The notes beneath the pieces are model-generated. The model had not been told where the DNA came from and made no database searches. It was given only the letters and a program-made list of their open reading frames with translations. This document shows positions 26,334 through 39,206 of a DNA stretch of 64,000 bases, piece by piece (position 1 is the stretch's first letter; each line of letters starts with the position of its first letter). Made by a program: the position numbers and the translations under genes. The stretch comes from Heptranchias perlo (lineage: Eukaryota), in assembly GCF_035084215.1 (NCBI RefSeq), contig NC_090331.1:72230001-72294000 (forward strand), given 5' to 3'.

Positions 26334-27808
26334 GGGCTCGATATTAGGAGGGAGGCGGGTTGGCAGCGGGGGGTCGTCTAGGCGGGTGGGTAATGCGCCC
26401 AGTGAATTCGGGGTGCTCTGCACATGATCGCAGCCTAATTGAAGGAACTTGCCTTAGCTTCCGGGTTTCGCGCTGGAAAGCTGCCCAGCGGGTGGACTGC
26501 GCACCCGCATCATAGGCTGTCATCTGGAGGAGTCCTATTTAAAGGGGCAGTCCTCCACTGACTGATGCTGCAGAAAATAGGCAAAATTACAGCATGGAGC
26601 AGCCCTGGGAGAAGGCTGATTCCAGGTTTAATGGTGCCTCACTCCAGGTCCTACTGGATAGGGTGAGGAGGAGGGAGAGGACAGAGATCTTCTCCCCGAT
26701 GGATGGGAGGACGTGGCCTGCCTCTGCCATCACGAAGGCCTGGCTCGAGGTGGTAGAGGAGGTCACCAGCATCACCAACATATCATGCACTTGCATACAG
26801 TGCAGGAGGCGCTTCAATGACCTAAGTAGGTCAGCCGAAGTGAGTACACTTACTCATTCCCCTACACTCTGTCTGCCACATCACTGCCCCCACCCCACAT
26901 CTCCTTCTGCACTGCCAACACTACTCTATCACATCACTCCTCACACCCACTCAAGGCTCATCCTCATCTTACCTGCACTTACTCAACTCGCCAGTACTCA
27001 TCCCGCCACTACCACTCAACCCAATCCTCATACAATCTCATGGCTCTATCGCATACTCACCCTCTCATGCATCTCTTTCACGGTCAGCCTCACTTAACCT
27101 GCCACTACCTGTGCTGCAGCCACAGGGCATGCATCATATGTGTAGTAGGAAGCGTAAGGCAAACGTGTCATGAGCATGAAGGGGTTGCACAAGGATGTTT
27201 GAGGGTTTGTCATGGTTTTTACCTATATTTGATTTCTGACCAACTCACATAACATATTATATTGGCACCACTACTGCCACGTCTTTGTGAATCTTGTCTG
27301 GTTTGTGCAATAATGCCCTTTCCTGAGGATCACCATGAAGACCCACAACTGATGCCACCCATTGTGCCACTGCAGAGTGGGTGTAGGTGTATTTGCAGGG
27401 CTCTTTTGTGCAGAAGACTGAGAGACACTGGCAATGTCCCCGGTGGCACCCTGGAAGGATGCAGAGGAAAAGTTGTTGAGGGCAGTGGTGACTTTGACAG
27501 TGACAGGTAAGAAGATGGTGCTCGGGCCAGCCGGGAGCAACTCGGCATCAAGGAGGCTGCAGATGTCCACGACTACATGTCGAATGACTCTGAACCTCCG
27601 TGTGCACTGCTGCTCAGAGAGGTCCAAGAAGCTGAGCCTCGGTCTGTAGACCCTGTGGCGAGGGTAGTGCCCTCTGCGACGCATCTCTCTCTGCGGTTTC
27701 CCTCCCTCCTGCTGTGCCGGTGGATGTGTCACAGCACTGTGTTGTGGAGCTCCACGTGTCAGAGGTGGACGGCATGGCCGGCGAGGCTGGTGATGCTGTT
27801 CGTCCTCC
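26334..27808 (+). mobile_element. Non-autonomous Harbinger (copy C), truncated by a CR1 fragment
   Basis: GGGCTCGATATTAG terminus; open Myb-like exon 26594 onward; HARBI1-like N-terminus ORF 27271-27810 on -. Confidence 0.87.
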
Positions 27809-28255
27809 AAGAAAAGATTTACTCGAATGGTTCCAGGGATGAGAGACTTCAGTTACATGGATAGACTGGAGAAGCTGGTGTTGCTCTCCTTAGAGCAGAG
27901 AAGGTTAAGAGAAGATTTAATAGAAGTGTTCAAAATCATGAAGGGCAGCAGGATTGAGAACCAGAGGACACAGAATTAAGGTGATTGGCAAAAGAATGAA
28001 AGGTGACATGAGGGAAAACTTTTTTATGCAGTGAGTAGTTATGATCTGGAATGCGCTGCCTGAAAGGGTGGTGGAAGCAGATTCAATCATGGCTTTCAAA
28101 AAGGAATTGGATAAATGCTTGAAGGGAAAAAATTCAAACGGCTACAGGGAAAGAGCAGGGGGTATGGGATTAACTGGATTGCTCTTACAAAGAGCTGGCA
28201 CGGGCTCAATGGGCCGAATGGTCTCCTTCTGCGGTGTAACCATTCTACGATTCTA
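27809..28255 (+). mobile_element. CR1 3' fragment
   Basis: IWNALPERVVEADS ORF; ATTCTACGATTCT tail. Confidence 0.85.
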
Positions 28256-28530
28256 ATTTAAGTGGATATTTCCCCATGGTGACAGAAGGAAATCATGAAT
28301 TGAAAAATTAACACCTTGGGCTCTCAAGAAGAACCAAAATGGATTATCTGTTTTTCTTTGCTTTTAAAACAGGGGACCATGCTTTTTGGGACCACCTGAG
28401 TGCTGATGGTGCAGGATTACCAATAGTAGTTCTCTGACATAAAAGTGACTTCACAAAGTTACGGAGCAAGCTTTGCTGGAAATGTGTTGGTGCAGGAAGC
28501 GATCCAGTGGTGTTAAGAATTAAACACCTT

Positions 28531-30582
28531 GGGCTCGATTTTACCGTCGGGTTTCCTGTGGGTTTCCAGCGGGCGGGCCCCGAAAATCCCGATATCCAGT
28601 CACGTGACGGGATCCCGCCACGATCCCGCCCACTTCTGGGTTACCCGATGACGTGCGGGGGTGCGTGCGTGGCCCCCGCTGGTGGGAATCCCGCAGGCAA
28701 TTAAAGCCAGCGGGATGCCACTTGAGGTTATTTATTTCGCTTGTTCAGGTCATTAACTGACCTGATTAAGGGACTGTGTGTGATTTTGGGGAAACATGGG
28801 ACTGTTTCACACACTGGGGGAAACAGTCCTAGTTGAACTGGACGTGTTGCAGCCGTCAGCCTGTGGCAGCTGCAAAGGTCCATTTGACAGGTGGGGGGGG
28901 GGGAGACCCTCACCCATTGCAGGAGGCCGCTCTGTCACTTGGGACAAAGTTTGGCCTCCACCACCCCCCTCCGGACGGTCAAAGTCACCAACCTGCACAC
29001 TCACCCCAGGGTCCGGAGACATGTGCCTACCTTGCGAACCCCCTCAGATGTACATATTGCGGATGGGGGCCGCCGTAGCTGCAGTCATGTCCCCCTCGGA
29101 GGGCGAACAGCATCACCAGCCTCGCCATCCAAGCCGTCCACCTCTGACACGTGGAGCTCCACAACAGAGTGTTGTGACACGCCCACCTGTACAGCAGGAG
29201 GGAGGGCTACCACAGAGAGAGACGTGTCGCAGAGGGCACTACCCTCGCCACAGGGTCCACAGACCGAGGCGCAGCTCCCCGGACCTCTCCGAGCAGCAGT
29301 GCACACGGAGGCGCAGATTCACTCGACATGTAGTCGTGGAGATCTGCAGGCTCTTTCATGCCGAGCTGCTCCTGGCTGGCCCCAGCACCATCTGCTTACC
29401 TGTCGCAGCCAAAGTCACCACTGCCCTCCACAACTTCTCCTCCGCATCCTTCCAGGGTGCAGCCGGGTACACCGCCGATGTCTCTCAGTCATCTGCGCGG
29501 AAGAGCCCTGCAAATACACCTGCACCTACTCTGCAGTAACACAATGGGTGGCATCAGTGGTGGGTCCTCATAGCGATACCCAGGAGCGGGCATTATTGGA
29601 CACAACAGACAGGATTCGCGGAGACATGGCAGTGGTGGTGCCAATATAATGTGTGATGTTTGTTGCTCTGAAATTCAATATAGGTAACACCCATGGCAAA
29701 CCCTCAGACACCCTTGTGCATCCCCTTCATGCTCACGACACGTTTGCCGTACGCTGCCTACTGCACATATGTGATGCATGCCCTGTGGCTGCAGCACAGG
29801 TGGTGGCAGGTTGAGTGAGGCTGGCCGTGAGGGAGATGCACGAGAGGGTGAGTATGGGATGGAGCAATGAGATTATATGAGGATTGGGTTGAGTGTTAGT
29901 GGCGGGTGAGTACTGGCGAGGTGAGTAGGTGCAGGTAAGATGAGGATGGGGTTTGAGTGGGTATGAGGGGTGATGTGACAGAGTATTGTTGGCGGTGCCG
30001 AAGGAGATGTGGGGTGGGGGCAGTGTTGTGGCAGAAGGAGTGCACGGGAAAGACTACGTGTTCTCACTGTGGCTGACCTACTGAGGTCATTGGAGCGCCT
30101 CCTGCACTGTATGCAGGTGGGCGATATGTTGGTGGTGCAGGTGACCCCCTCTGCCACCTCGAGCCAGGCCTTCTTGGTGGCAGAGGCAGGCCGCTTCCTC
30201 CCGCCCGCCGGGTGGAAGATCTCTGTCCTCCCCCTCCTCCTCACCCCATCTGATGATACCTGGTGTGAGGCATCATTAAACTGGGAGCAGCCTTCCCCCT
30301 GGGCTGCTCCATGCTGTAATTTGTTCCATTGGTTGCAGCATCTGTCAGTGGAGGACTGCCCCTTTAACTAGAGAGCCTCCAGCTGACAGATCGTACTGCG
30401 CATGCGCAGCCCGCCCGACGCGCAGACCAGCAGCGCGGACCCCGGAGGTTCAGGTAAGTGATTCCAATTAGTGGATTGCCTGCTACGATCGCGCGGGCAA
30501 CCCACTAATTTCACCAGGCGCGGAGGCCACGCACCCGAAACCCAACCCGCCGGAAACCCGCAGGCCTGCTAAAATCAGGCCC
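28531..30582 (-). mobile_element. Non-autonomous Harbinger with both ends (copy D, 2052 bp), inverted relative to copy B
   Basis: TIRs GGGCTCGATTTT / AAAATCAGGCCC; TSD CTT (28528-28530, 30583-30585); ORFs mirror those of 5980-8030. Confidence 0.92.
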
Positions 30583-33500
30583 CTTATCTGCAGATATCAC
30601 AGCCTGGTGATAATTTGAACGACAAATTGCCTTTAAAAGGCTCAGCTTTAACCCAGTAAAGTTATTTGATATCTTCTTAGACAGAGGGCTGTGGGGGGTG
30701 GGGGGATATGGGAGTTACATCCAAAAGTAATTACAAGCACTTCTGTCTCTACTCTAAAACAACCAAGCCTATGCATAATTTGTTGGTGAAATTGAAATTG
30801 ATAAGATAAATTGAAATGAGTTGCTATTCAAGCAATCAAGAAGGGAAAATTTCGCTGAAGTTTAAGAGGATAATCAAATTATATTTTTAATAAAAGGAGT
30901 CCAGTCTAAGTGGTTCCTGCACAAGGCTGTGTATCAAGGAAGAAATTTTGGGGGGAATAAAATTGAACATTGACAAGTCCTGTCAGTCCAGCAATACTGC
31001 TCTCTGGAAATGAGATAATTTTGAAATGATGAAATGGACTCCAGTACAATGTAATGAGATATTTTGAGAAATAAAAAGCAGTCCAAGAAGAGTTTAAGTA
31101 AAATGAACAAAAAAAATGTATTGAGATACTGGACCAAACTGTAAACATTGTATTGGACAGTAAAGTTCCTCCAGGGCTCAAGAATGAGATGAAATGGTAA
31201 TATAATGGGATGCGTAAAATTGGATGAGAGGAAGTGATTGAGCATATAAGATAGAAACAGGGAAATTACACCATCAAATGGGAATTTTTAAAAGGTCATT
31301 GCCCTGGGTGACTCTAGGTGAATTTCAGGAACCGAACCAAAGGGGTTAGGGAAAGATGCCTGATTGCATCCATGAGTAACATAAATCATCTGGACATGAA
31401 TCACCAAAGGACATCAATCTGTTATCAGTGTATAATCTAGTGAAAGTCAGGAACGTGTAGTTGAGAATAGTTAATTAATAGCTTTCTCTTGGAAATGTTT
31501 GTACCCTTGCCTATACTGAATAATGAGTAAATTGCATTTGATAGCCTGGCCACTGTCCGAGACATCAGTACCCTACAGGAGGAGAAAGACAAAGACCTCC
31601 AGACACCCCACCGATCTTTTGATAAGACAATGTGAAAGCCCAAGAATGACTTGTATCTGGTGTCATGTCCGGCATGATCTTGGGATACTGGTGTGTGCAA
31701 ATGTGATATGTTGTGTGTAAGGCAACTAGCAGGCGGAAATGTAAGATGAAGATTCACTGAAGAACAGGTCTCAGACGTGCTCAGTTACTTGACAACAGCA
31801 CAACATGAAATGTTTAATGTGGCTCAGGTGAGTGAGAATCCTTTTAAGCAAGGCACTGCCACATGCTCCATAGATAAACCGACTAATTAATGAAACAATC
31901 AGGATAGAGTAAACACTGGTACCTGTCAGACGGATTGAAATTAAAGGAAAGAGGGCCATAGAAATTTGGATTTCCATATTTCAGGGTTGGGTTCCTTTGA
32001 GTTAACAATGAAATTGGGACAACTGTGGGCTAGAAAGAAATAATACTTAGCAAAAATATCCACAAGATGGATATTGGTTATCGGAGAGCTGGAGAATCTT
32101 TTACATTCATGATTTCTTAATAATATGGCACACTGTTGTTTTCTGTGCATTAGAACATAAGAACATAAGAATTATGATTTGCTTTATCTGTATCATGAAG
32201 TGTAATATTAACCAAATAAAACTTAGACTAGAAGAGCAAATGGCTCGAGATAGGTATGTTGTGCTGCTCTGCCATAGGCTTCGTTAAAACGGCATCTCAC
32301 TGTCTGCTTCACCATTGAAATTTATTGAATGGCATGAAGTTGCACTATTTGCGTGGTCGATACAAACTAAACTCACCTCAGAAAGTTCATTCAAGTCATT
32401 TCAGTCTAAGTAACCTTTCAACAACCTGATAAGCGTTAATTACTGCCAATCAACCTCTCTGGCACGGGAAATTAACTGTTACAAGTACAAAGTCTCATTC
32501 CTTCAGGTTTTAATTGTTGTTAAATATTTTAAAAATGTAAAATTTTAAATTTTTGCATTTTTTTTTTACTTTCCTTCCTGTCTCTTTTTTCATTCTCCAT
32601 GAAACCAATCTTTCTTTCCCTCTCTTTAATTTTCTTTCTATACCTGATTTGACGTTGAATTCACCCACTCTAATTTATAGTTCCTTCTCAGTCCTTGTTA
32701 ATTTCTCACTCCTTCAATCTGATTGGTGATCAAGATACACAGTTACTTGCCCTGTTCACTCAGGTCCCAGATGCCCGGTTTCCTTCACTGCGACGTTATC
32801 AGCTCACACTTTCAGCAACCATCCATGCAAAAAATTAAAAAACTTAAACACGCAAGGGCTAGTCTAATTAACGTTGGACGCCGCTTGATGTCCTGCTACA
32901 GCAAAATCTGGGCCATGGAAGAAAATAAAGGTGACTGGAAAGAAATGGAGATTTTGTTTAAATGACAAAAAAGACATATTATTGCAGGAAGGTATGCACA
33001 GAGCTGATATCATGATGGATGGATGATCCAAGGTGAAAAAACTGAACCACTTTCCGAGTAGCTAAGAACTAGGACATAAATAAGTGAAGTAACATTATTT
33101 TATGACTATTAAAGAAAAAGAAAGGCCTTGCATTCTTATAGTGCTTCATCATATCTGACAGACATCTCAAAGTGCATCATATTTAATTAATTACTTTTGA
33201 AGTGCAATCTCCATTATTATGTATGCAAACATGGTAAATATTTTACACACAGCAAGGTCCCACAGGCACCAATGAGATGAATGATTAGATAATCTGTTTC
33301 TTTGATCATTTGATTGAGGGAGAAATGTTGTCCATTTGGCGAGTTCCATGTCTTCTTCGAATAGTGCCATGGGATCTCTTATATCAAATGTTGCTGCATT
33401 ACTGATTAAACCAGAGTGTATGTTCCACTTGCATATCAATGAAAGCCCCATTCATAGTTGTATCTTAATGTCAGCATTTGTTTCTAATTAGATAGTGGTT

Positions 33501-33641
33501 TATTAAGTAAGGTTCCTAATATAACAATTTGCATGACAATCCCGAAAAAGAAAGAAACTAACCAAAATAATCAAGTGAAAGGGATTTTATTTATGTTCAT
33601 GAATCTATCCACTTGACTAAATCATATATTTCAGCAACAAT

Positions 33642-35422
33642 CTAGAAGTCCCTCATGCGCCTGAAAGATCCGATAGTTGAGTTGGTGGCACCCCAGTCAC
33701 TGAATCTCCTGTATTCACCGGGTCTCATGAAGTACTGGCGGCCTCTGTAGTTGGGATGTTCATAGAAGGTCCAGTAACCGTCCATCACATTGCAGGAGTG
33801 AATGTCACGGTAGCGGAAACGATCGTAGACAGATGGACAGTCATCCATGAATTCCATCATCTGTCCTCCAAAGTCAGGCCTCTCGTAAATCCTCATTTTG
33901 TAGGTGCCTCCCCTGTACTGTAATATAAAATGTGTAACATTAATGATGTAGTAACAAATATATGTGTGATATGCATTGAAGAGTGTTCCAAGACTGCAGC
34001 ATATTAGAACAAGAAACATGAATTATTGTACATAAGTCTATCAGCAAAGGTAGAAGTTAAAAAGGATTTGGAAAAGGATTATTGACCATTCACTGAAAGT
34101 ATCCAGTTGGTGTAAAGTCTTAAGTAACGTTGCTGATTATTTACTAAGACAAATCTCGAGGGCATTTGAATATATTGTAAATCACAAGTTATTCTAACCT
34201 GTATAGATCATTAGTGAAATTACATCTGGATTGTTACTGGCAGTTCTGGGCACCCATCTGCCAAAAGGGCACTGCTGCACTGGAGATGCACTGACTTTGA
34301 TGCTGTTCCAACACTCACTGTCTAGGCCGACACCTAAATATCCCTTTAAGCGAAATATTGTAGACCTGCCTATACCTTAACTCCATTTGTTCACCTTTAT
34401 TCCATATCCCTGAATAACCTTGCCTAAAAAAAATCTATAAAAATCTAGCAACCTCAGTTGTGAATATGTCTATTGACCTACCCACAACACCTTAATGGGG
34501 AGAGAGTTCCAGATTTCTACGACCCTTTGTGTGAAGGAGTGCTTGCTCACATCATCCCTGAATGGCCTAAATCTAATTTTAAGGTTATGTCCCCTTGTTC
34601 TGAACTCCCCCACCAGAGGTAATAGTTTCTCTCTATCTACTCTATGAAATCCTTTATTCATCTTAAACATCTCAATTAGATCACCCCTTAATCTTCTGTA
34701 CCCAAGGGAATACAAAGCTGGTCTATGCAACCTGTCCTCATAATTTAACACTTTTATACAGAACATTTTTAGTTCAATTTTTCTAAATCCTGCCGTGGGG
34801 TAACCGTTTGGCACTATATTTCAATCTTTTTTCTAACGTTTGAAATAATTCAAAGCAAAATAACATTTAAACTAAAGTGTGGATTTGTCACTAATGACAG
34901 AAAAAGGAAGTAAGAATAATAATATTTAAATGAATCTAAAAGACTATTAAATAATTAATGAGGGGACCAGGAATAAATTACATAAAATGATAGAAAATTA
35001 TTGACGGGCCATAAAAAATATAAATCCTATGAGCAAATGATTTGAAACAGGTAATTAGCCTGTATTATAACTTACATATGGGTAGGTGCGACATGACCTG
35101 ATGCTGTCATTGAATCCCATCCAGCGCTGGTAGTCAGGATATTCTCCCCTGCTCAGAACATACTGATATCCCATGTAATTGGGTTTCTCATACACCACCC
35201 ACCAGTCACTCTCAACACGGATGGAGTTGCAGCGGCTGAAGTAAGAGGACAGGTCAGCACAGTCAGTACTGCACTCGTGGTGCCGACCCTGGAAGTTCCT
35301 GTCCTCGTAAAAGATGATCTGTGGTGAAAAAAATGACATGAATCATTCGATAATTTCCTAAATTTAATGTATTTCGTCAAACATTATTTGAAAAATATGA
35401 GAATTAACCTTACCTTTCCCAT
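33642..35422 (-). CDS. Gamma-crystallin gene 3, 175 aa; exons 35414-35422, 35076-35318, 33642-33917
   Basis: Same exon structure, open frame, canonical splice sites; AATAAA 33586-33591. Confidence 0.96.
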
Positions 35423-35477
35423 TTTGACCTTCACAGTTAGTCAAACAACCGCCTGGACATAGCGCTGTTTCATACAG

Positions 35478-35572
35478 CTCGGTATTTATAAGCTGGACTG
35501 AAACGCTACTGTAGGGAATGCTTTTGTTATTCTAATGATTTTAACAGTGTATATCAGCAAAAAAGCAAATAA
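35478..35572 (-). promoter_or_regulatory. Proximal promoter of crystallin gene 3
   Basis: TATAAA 35485-35490 (minus); near-identical to genes 1 and 2. Confidence 0.7.
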
Positions 35573-38500
35573 AAAAAACCTATAGGCACTGCAGGCAAAA
35601 TCCCCTTATTCAGGTTTATAGATGGGGCACTGATTCTCTTCATTCTGCTTTGATGCTGTTTTAATTGTTCTATGAAAAAATTGAAAGGACTACAGTCCAA
35701 AGCTTCTATGCTGAGTCCGGTAAAGGTATTGTGACTTTTTAAAATTTGCTCTTTTACTATGCTCCCAACAATGAATAATTACTGTGTTTATGACTCCTTT
35801 TACCCAAACTTACATTGCCCAATACATGTAATATTTATATATATATCACTATTTTGCTAAGAGGGTTCAACTAAGAACTGGAAGTTTATTTCCCTGTGTG
35901 AGGTGGAGGTCTGATTGATTTTATTTGTCCTGGCAATGTAATCACTATTATTTTACTCCAGCTTTGTGGTTGGAATTTGTATACCTCAGTGGGCAGGTGG
36001 GAGGAAACAGATTGAGTGACACCTTGACATTACATTGGCATTGAAAGTTTGAGGGTAAAAAGAATGGAAAGTCTAGCAACATTCATGAGTATCTCTGGAA
36101 AAAAAGTTTTAAAAAATCCTCCACAAACTTTTGTTTTTAATGTTATGGTTTCAATCATATCAATTTAAATGACTCCATTTTGTTACTTTTTATTACTATC
36201 GGCCAGCATGGATTTGTAAAAGGTAAGGCATGTCTAATAAATGTAATAGTTCTTTGAGGAAATAACAGAGTGTATTGAAAAGGTAAATGCAGTGGGTATT
36301 GAGTAAATTGCTTTACAAAAGTTTTTTAATAGGGTGCTCGCTGATAAATGAAGGCAAACAGTATTAAAGAGAAGGTGGTAACATAAGTGGGAAGTTGGTT
36401 AAATGATAGAAAACAGAGAGCAGTGGTTCATGGATAGACTGGAGGAGTGTAAACAGTGGTGTCCCCCAGGGTCAGTGTTGTGACCGTTGCTCTTTATATA
36501 TGTATATACACACACATTTTGGACTTGGGAATTGGGGCACAATATCAAAATTTGCAGACAATACAAAAATAAGGAGCATGGTAAATAGTGAGGAGCACTG
36601 TATACAGCTTCAGGGCGATGTAGACAAGTTAGTAGATTGGGCCGATGGATGTCAGATAAAATTTAATGCAAAGAAATGTGAGTTCATACATTTTGGAACA
36701 AAAAGCAAGGAGAGGGCATATATACTAAATGATAAAACGTTAAAAGGTGTAGAGGAGCAGAGAGACTTAGGGGCTCAGATGTACAAATTATTTAAAGTGG
36801 AAGGACAAGTTTTTTAAAGCTGTTAAAAATAAAAGCATGTAGGATCTTAGATTTTATACAGGAGCATAGAGTACCAAAGCTAGGAGGTAGTCCTAAGTGT
36901 ATACAAGTCATTGATTAGGCTACAATTAGATTATTGCATCCAGTTTTGGGCAGCTTGCTTTAAGAAGCATATCAAGGTCCTGGAGAAGTTGGAAAGATTC
37001 ACTAATATTATACTAGTGATGAGTAGAGCCTAGAGGAACTGACGCTCATTTCATTAGAAAAAAAGATATTTAGGAGGACCTCTGATTGTGCTGCTCAAAA
37101 TGATGAGGAGTTTTGATGAGGTAAATCAGTGAAAACTGTTTCCGGTGGTCAGCAAATTGTTAACAAGAGGGCATAAATTTGTGATCATTACAACAGAATG
37201 AAGGGGAAGGCTAGGAGAATTTATTTTTATACAGAGGGACATAATGGAGGCGATTTTCATGTCCCTACAGCTCCCATTTGCACTGAAAAATGAGGCATTA
37301 GTGTGACCAAAATCATATGGGAAACAGAAGTGCTGATTCACTCCTAGCTGTAGGACTTATGCTATTTTCAGGTGGATCTCAATCCTGGCAGCCAGAGGCC
37401 CTGCCAGATCCTGACAGGAGACAGACAAATAAAAGCAAATTGGAATCAGATGTCATAGTTATGACCCCCAATGCCATTTTTGTCTTTGTCCACATTGCTA
37501 CTGTGGGTTCATGCTCCTGCCCACCAAACACAGGTCCTAGAAGTCAGGAGGTAACCATTTTAAGTGGACTTTAAAGGGATCCTTAGCTGTTGTCAAGGAA
37601 TGCCTGAAGCAGTTTTGATAATCATTTTTATTGCGATCAGTTCTGGACTTGAGCCTAAAAAGCTTCCAATAGTCGATCACCTTTCTGCTCTAGATGCTGC
37701 CAAAATTTTCCCTGCCACTATATACTGCTGCTCCCTTTCACTCGACGCTTCCACTCCTCCCCTTTTATAAAGTGCTGCTGCAGGCCCATCAAAATTGGCC
37801 ACCCTAGCTAGATTTCCTGCCCACCAATCAGTCAGCTGCCTGTAGGGAGTGCATTTTGAGCTGTCAGCTCTCCGGATTGATTTAAATGATGCCTAATGGT
37901 GAAAATGACTCTGGCCCCACGCTAACTCCATTGGGTGGGTGAAGCACGCACCACACCCACCCGATTTACAATATATATAAAAATTGATCCCTATATACGA
38001 GCTAGTAAATGTCTGTCAGCTATTCAATTGTCAGGTTATCACAGTTGGGCCCAAATTTGTCAGACAACTGCAAATTGGGTTTCCAGGGGGGAAAGTTTTC
38101 ATTTATAAAGTTAAAATCTTTAACCTGTACTGTGTAAACTCTCTTCTAGTTGCCCTTAGCTTGGTTTCAGGTATATGTGCACTTGTACTTTAGAGATTTC
38201 AGGCCTGCTTCAAGCCTACCCTGCTGCTTACCTCACTCTATCTGTCCTAATGCCCTGGCTCCAGTTGTCATTATTGCCTGCCTGGATGGCCTAACACAAG
38301 CCAAAACCATTATACTACTTCTCCTCTAGCATTGTTGATGCTTGTAGGCTGCAAACAGTCCCGATTGTTCACAAGTCAAGGAATGGCCTATCTCTCTACA
38401 GTGACCTCAGGTGAGAAAAATGCTGGATAGGTGGTGTGTAATTGCTTTAAACCCCCTCTTCCTTCGCAGCTGAAGACTGGCGAACAGTTATTCTGATATT

Positions 38501-39039
38501 CAAAAAAGAAGGGAGGCTTAACTCCAGGAATTATAGACTTGCTAGTCCAACCTGGGTAGTAGGGAAAAGATTTAAGAGCATTTTATAGAAGGTTATCATT
38601 CAATATTCATCCAAAGAGCATAGTGACTATAAGAACTATTCAGTATGGTTTTAGAAGCAACAAGTCGCATCTTACAGAGCAAATGCAATTCTTTGAGGAT
38701 GTAATTGAATTGATAGATGAGGGCATTCCAGTGGATAAAATCTACTTGAACTTCCACAAGGCATTTCATCATTTCTCAAAAAGGACGTTAAGGCTCATAG
38801 AATGAATGGCTATTGAGCTAGCTGGATTGAAAATTAGCTTGGCAATAGGAAACAGGTGATAATAAATGGACAAGACAATGAGTTGTTGTACATCGGAAGG
38901 TTAAAGATCATTAAGTAGTATTCGGTTTTAACCAGTTGGTGAAGAACTGTCCATTAACAAAGGTTGATAGGGAAAAGGATTTGGATATGATTCTTGACCA
39001 TTCACTGAATTCAATTTAAAGCTGTTACCAACTAGGCTA

Positions 39040-39206
39040 TACCAACTGACTATATATGCTGTGCCCATATGCATCTCTTCACTTCACCTGATGAAGGAGC
39101 AAAGCTCCGAAAGCTTGTGATTTCAAATAAAGCAGTTGGACTATAACCTGGTGTTGTGCGCCTCCTTCCATTTGTCCACCCCAGTCCATCACCGGCATCT
39201 CCACAT
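39040..39206 (+). mobile_element. Short Penelope-like terminal fragment with 8-bp TSD
   Basis: CTAGGCTA at 39032-39039 and 39207-39214; shares GTTGGACTATAAC.TGGTGTTGT and CCCCAGTCCATCACCGGCATCTCCA with 842-967. Confidence 0.75.
39084..39120 (+). ncRNA. Minimal type I hammerhead ribozyme motif
   Basis: UCAC-CUGAUGA-A-GGAGC AAA GCUCC-GAAA-GC-UU-GUGA. Confidence 0.7.

Noticed and set aside
1-37240. Genes 1-3 as an assembly false duplication of haplotypes
   Set aside because: Units differ by many substitutions and by independent TSD-bearing insertions, more than expected for alleles
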